40,228 bases of DNA from Trypethelium eluteriae (taxonomy: Eukaryota): contig JAVECL010000019.1 of assembly GCA_051942245.1 (NCBI GenBank), forward strand, positions 62,001-102,228, given 5' to 3'. The position numbers and the translations under genes were made by a program. This document shows, piece after piece, positions 34,904 to 40,228 of the stretch (positions are counted from its first letter, which is position 1; every line of letters begins with the position of its first letter). The notes beneath the pieces were generated by a model. The model was not told the DNA's origin and made no database searches. It saw only the letters and a list, made by a program, of their open reading frames with translations.

Positions 34904-37900
34904 GGGCTTGCAGCGGAATTTGTGGGCAGTTTGTGAGCATTTCAAGCCAGCCTCCCTGATTGTCTTGATCGTCACCTCCAACATTGAATGCACCCGAAAC
35001 GTTGATACCTTAGCGTTCTGCATTGCTTATAACTCCAGGCCTTAGCCGGTATCCCACCACGTGGACGTCATCTAATAAGGCGGGCAGCAACAATACCGCA
35101 GGACGACGAGACGGACTTTCGTTATGTCGAGCGCTTGCAAGGTATTCTCTGTACCTTATGGCATACTTGTTTCCCAGATGAGTGAGCGGGCTTCGCGAGA
35201 TATCCTAGCTGCTGCGATGAATGCTTTGGTAACGCTGAGAAATGATGGAGATCATGTATGAGTAACACAATTCCCTAGAGCAGGAATACAGGGCGGCTGG
35301 ACTGCCGTGATGCCTAATTTTGAAGGCCAAAAAAGAAAAATCAAGTCCTTTGTGAGCCCCATAATACTTATCGTGAGCCAAACTCACTGCAGTACGCTCG
35401 TTCGTCACCCGAGATAATCCACGTTCAAAATTGTGATGAAGACATTCCTATTTCGTGGTAAAGTTCAAGACGGATCAAGGAAACCCAAGCAGTCATGGCT
35501 TTCGCTCGATAGTTCATGAGATAGCTTATTCAGCCTTCTATCCTGCAGTGAAAACGATTTGGAATCCGACTCTTGCGCACTTCCACGGTGCCGACGTGGT
35601 GGGACTTATGGGTGCAGCAGATTAGAAATATGTGTCGGCAGATGATTTGCTTCTCTTCTAGGGTACCCGGGCACTGGGACCTAAACGCAATACGAGAATT
35701 CTAATTTCCAAGGGCCAGTGCGCTGATAAGAAGAAGGCAAAGCAATCTGCCCTGTGGCTTATTCCTCCTTGAGCCTGGTTCACGAGCAGATTACGGTTCC
35801 GGGCCTTCCCGAGTCGTTGCAGTGCTGAATCTACAAGAGAATAACGGTAATATGTAGCAAACTTATCAGCTGAAAAATGTCAGAAATGATCTGGCACTGA
35901 ACGATGCCACCAGGTCTATTCCAAGAGATTTTTGTTTTGCTGCAGTATAGTTTGTTTTTCTGGAGGCGACGGAATCTGTTGACGCCTATTTTTATGCATC
36001 TCCTGCCTAAGAAGGCTTCGTATCTTCTTCGCGCTTACTTGTAAAAATTCTATCGGAGCATTCGGCCAGCCGGAGAATTTAGGGGTGAATTTTAAGTTTA
36101 CTCATACAGCGTTCGGGTGTAGACGTGCATGAACTGAAACACTGTATATGGCAGTCTACTGCTTGGGTGCAGTCGGGTGTGCGGAGTGGCTTCTCTCTCT
36201 CCATGGGAAGGTTTCAGAAGCCATGTGCGCAATAAAGCGGATTGAGGCTTGGCCAGCCTATCATATCACCAAGAGCGCATTCGTAGAGGACATCTCATTC
36301 TCATCTGCCGCCATGTCGTATGGCGACGGAGATATCCAGTTTGGGTATGCAGACGCGAAGCCTTTTGCATCAATCCAGCAACTCTCAAACAGACGGACTA
36401 TGATGACGGGCAGATGCAAGCGTAGAGTTGTAGCAAGCCGTACAGGGCGTTCACCAAGATCGTAGAAAAACGAATCATGATTTGGCGAAAGTTCTAGCTG
36501 CCGTCGGTGGGTAGTAGACGGTACTATTGGTACACTCCGTAGATGCGGGAGATTGCCAGGATTTGTTGGGCCTGGCTGCCTCGGTGCCTGGGCTAGAGTG
36601 GCTAAAAGCTTGTTCGACTTCGCAGTGCCATCCCGGGCAACGTTCAATGCCAAGAGCCGTTTCTGTCAATATCGGCTCGGTGAAACGGTTGATTGCAGAA
36701 AATGACGAACGGCACCTCAAGATACACATTCACCTTTTCGATGTGACCCGCAAGTATCGCATGTCTGCAAATCTGAAGCTGCGAAACGTAAACAGAGATC
36801 CGCCGGGAAGTCGATGGTCTAGAAGGTGAAAGTGGGTACCTTCCTCTTATTGGAGATAGCTCCACGTGAATCAGGGACTCGCTCCTTCGGGGTTGCAGGG
36901 ATCTCCGAGATCAGATCGCTCGGGACCGAGACCGCGGTCACTGTTGTAAAGAAGAAAGGCACCAAAGGCACCAAAGGTGCAAAGGTGCCCAGAAGCCTAA
37001 AGGCTTGTATCCAATCACTGCGAAAGTCGGCTTCCTGCCTTGTATTCTAATGACGGCTAAAATGTTGGTGCATTTGGCGGATGGATTGCCCAAGGCGGGT
37101 ACGTACTGTGGATCATGCAGGCAGTCCGGGAGGATGTGCAGGCACCCTTGAAAGGGGGAAATCTGCTGCCAGGCACATCGTCAAGCTGCAACAAATCCTG
37201 GTAGGGTTTTGTCGAGAGAAGCAAATCCACTTGTCCACTCTTCAATGATGACTCGACCATCCCATGCACCCCATGGATAGACAAGGTGGAGAAGGTCGGA
37301 CTCGCCGTCTCTGTTGAAGGCCGCGGTCCTGGATTGGATCAATAGATCGTCATGATCCTCCTACAACACAGACCCCGACCTTCAGCACCCCAGGTTCTCA
37401 TTGATCTGCGACAGCATCCTTTCGCTTGCCCCTGGCAGATCTTGTGCATTGTCGTGCAGGGGACGTTCGACCTCAATGGTTACGCAGTGGTCATGTAAGC
37501 GCTTGGGATACGATCTGTCAAAGGTCGCCCGAGCCCTCTCATGAAAATTTAATGAGCTCACCGAGCTGAACAATTTCCCCGCACCTTTCCGTGGGCTGAC
37601 CTTGTAAAAAGCAACAACTCCTTACTCTCCATTAACCGTTTTGGTCTTAGAAGCGAGTCTGCAAAGGGGCTACACGCTCGCAGAGACATCAGTCACGGCA
37701 TCTCATGCACAAGCAAGCCAGACTTCTATCCGTAGATTCAGACTTGGATGTCTATGGACAAACAAGCCGAGCTTCGTTGGAAATTCCACAATCGATTGTT
37801 GGGTTTAATGCAGAGCCGCGCATGTGCCCAACCTCCTTTGACGCGCTTGCTTGGTCTTAGACTTTTCGAATCGTTGATTCGAAGCCGGGACCGAGAAGCT

Positions 37901-38968
37901 CCCGCTACTAACGCTGAACGTCGCAAGATCATGGGCTGCCACATGGCCAGCACTCAAGGGGGCTGAGAGATGGCTCTCCCATTGGCAATCCGAGATTTCG
38001 ACATCACTGAGGATCTTACATGGAGCAGACGAGACTTGCGCCCTTCCGCGCCTGGCCTTTTGAAGCTAGATAGAGACTCTTCACCGGATAACTGCGTTCC
38101 ATGTGGCTTCTCACCAACACCACCGTCAACACCTCCTGCCCGCCCTGCCCGCGAGGCTTGGCTGACTGGGGACTAGTGACCTCAAATGCGAATTGACGGC
38201 CAGACTTGGCTTGTCTCCCAGAACGGACAGTCAGAAAGCACTCGATACGACCCCAGCTTCACCTAGTCAGCCTGAGGGTTGTCGATTATTCCCGCGCACG
38301 AGTCGACGCTGGTCTCTATTCATGGCTTGGACCCGCTGACGCCCAGGCACCACGAAGATGGTTGTCGCGCTGCTGCACGCCTTCACGGCGAACTCGTCAA
38401 TGCGGCATGTAGCTGTCCTATTCCTTCTAGTCGCTCCGACATGCCTGACGGAATGAGGAGCAGGCGTCCCCAGTCTTCCGCTGTGCCGCTACCCTGTACC
38501 TAGGGCATCTCAGGTATTACTGTGGCTGACTGCAGAACCTTGATCATTTTTCATGAGATTTTCCACTCTTTTCTATCATAATCATCCTGGTCTCTCTCTG
38601 CTTCAGAATCTGCAGCCTCCCGATCAAGGGTCGTTGACTGCATAATTCACGTGGGTTATATTATATGAATATCACGCTTCATTCCCTTGTCCACTCCATA
38701 CCAATCCTAGCCTCGTCCCACGTGAAGGCAATAGATTAAGATTTCCTATACTTGCAGGCTACCCTTTCAACAAGATCACTTCTTGATATCATGAATCTAC
38801 GTTTTAGGTGAAGGCAAAGACGACTCCTATTATTTACATTCTCATCCCGTTTTTCTGGAACTCTCGGATCTCGACCTTCGTCGTCCAGTGTAATCATCAC
38901 TTTTTATACATCGCCTTGGCGGCAACCTTCGTAATCCAAGACGGGCGACTTTGGATACGCTGCCGACC

Positions 38969-40228
38969 ATGTTCCAGTCCCCCTCATCAGTGGTTCTTTC
39001 CACTCAGTCCATCACGCCACTGCCATCAGATCTTCGAAGTGGACTTATCGTCGCATCTGTCTTCGGATTCATATCCTTTTTCACATCACTAGGCTTATTT
39101 TTACTTCTCGCATACCGGTTCATTCGATGGCGGCAGAAACACCAGCGATTCCCAAACCAGTTTCTCTTTCTTATACTCAACTTAGCTTTTGCCGACATAC
39201 AGCAATCCCTTGCGTTCTTATTGAATGTTCAATGGCTTGGAAGCAATGGCATATTCATCGGCAATAACACTTGTTTCGCCCAGGGCTGGTTCGTGAGCAC
39301 TGGAGATTTGGCTAGCGGGGTGTGGTGTCTGGCCATTGGCGTGCATACCTTTGCGGATCTGATTCTCAATTTCCGGCTGAGTGCAGGCAAATTCGTGGCA
39401 GCTGTGGCCTCTTTATGGACATTCATCTATGCCTGTGCTGTCATAGGGATTGCCATGCATCCGAAAGACTATTATGTGCGGGCAGGTGCCTGGGTAAGTC
39501 ACAACTAAGGTTCTGAGAAATTTCGAGACTGACGAAGGGCATAGTGCTGGGTCAATCAACAATATGATCATGAACGTCTCTACCTACATTATCTCTGGAT
39601 CTTCATCGCCGAATTCAGCGTGGTGATCATCTATGCTAGTAAGTTACATATTCATCTCCTCCACCCATTATCAAATCACCTTTTGCTTGTTAGAAGAGCG
39701 CCAAATAACCGTTCTCCAGCTATGTTCGTGCTCCTCCACTATCGCATCCGCACCCACGCCATCTCTACCGCCGAGTCCTCTCACGCACGCCGCGCAGCCA
39801 AATACATGGTCATCTACCCAATCGTCTACGTCTTCTGCACGCTCCCCCTCGCCTCCATGCGTATGGCCTCGATGAGCCACGACCCGCTCACCTTCACCGC
39901 CTTGACCGCCGCCGGCGCCATCATCACCTCCAACGGTTGGCTCGACGTGCTCCTGTACACCCTCACGCGCCGCGTCCTGCTCCTCTCGAACGCAGACGCC
40001 GACTCCGCGCTCGACGAGAAGCGCGGCCTCGACACCTTCGCCTTCCGCCCGGACTACGGCTGGGGCACCACCACCACCATCACCGCGCTGAAGATCAAGA
40101 AGGGCGGCAGTAGTTACCACCACACGCACCACCCGTCGAAGAGCTCGCGGAGTGGGTCCCGCGCGATGACGAGACTGGGGAGCAGGCAGGGGAGCGAGGA
40201 GGAGTTGTGGCGGCATCATCACCATCAG
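38969..40228 (+). CDS. Git3/Gpr1-like 7TM G-protein-coupled receptor (3'-truncated by the window)
   Basis: NQFLFLILNLAFADIQQ, CFAQGWFVSTGDLAS.W..AIGVHTF, YVRAGAW|CWV, RLYLHYLWIF, AKYMVIYPIVYVFCTLPLA, SNGWLDVLLYTLTRR. Two GTAAGT introns at about 39494-39544 and 39639-39719. Confidence 0.88.

Noticed and set aside
36955..36990. Short repeat AAAGGCACC x2 followed by AAAGGTGC x2 (partly inverted)
   Set aside because: Too short and has no unique spacers, so it is not CRISPR-like or a terminal inverted repeat. Probably slippage.

Overview
Genomic DNA from a filamentous ascomycete, with GT-AG introns of about 40-100 nt and CTRAY-type branch points. I can support about 14 intact protein-coding genes (the first and last truncated by the window edges) and one probable pseudogene. 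In order: 3' end of a GH3 beta-glucosidase (+); a 3-exon small secreted protein (-); an intronless SPFH/band-7 protein with repeated N-terminal modules (+); a transketolase of the dihydroxyacetone-synthase type (-); a HeLo/SesA-like + dead LMW-PTP-like + degenerate KH protein (-); a 4-exon protein fusing four C2H2 fingers to a trypsin-fold serine protease (-); a decayed RING-finger gene (+); a convergent DHA1 MFS transporter / Zn2Cys6 regulator pair; a divergent SDR / phosphoserine phosphatase pair; a long-type heme-thiolate peroxygenase (-); a PA-domain RING-H2 E3 ligase (-); an aquaporin (+); and a Git3-like GPCR (+, runs off the end). The most unusual part is 8.9-14.8 kb. There, two co-oriented genes with odd domain architectures sit next to each other and may form a protease-plus-effector module. 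That link is my inference. All domain calls were made by eye, with no database searches. I recognised no RNA genes, transposases or CRISPR arrays.
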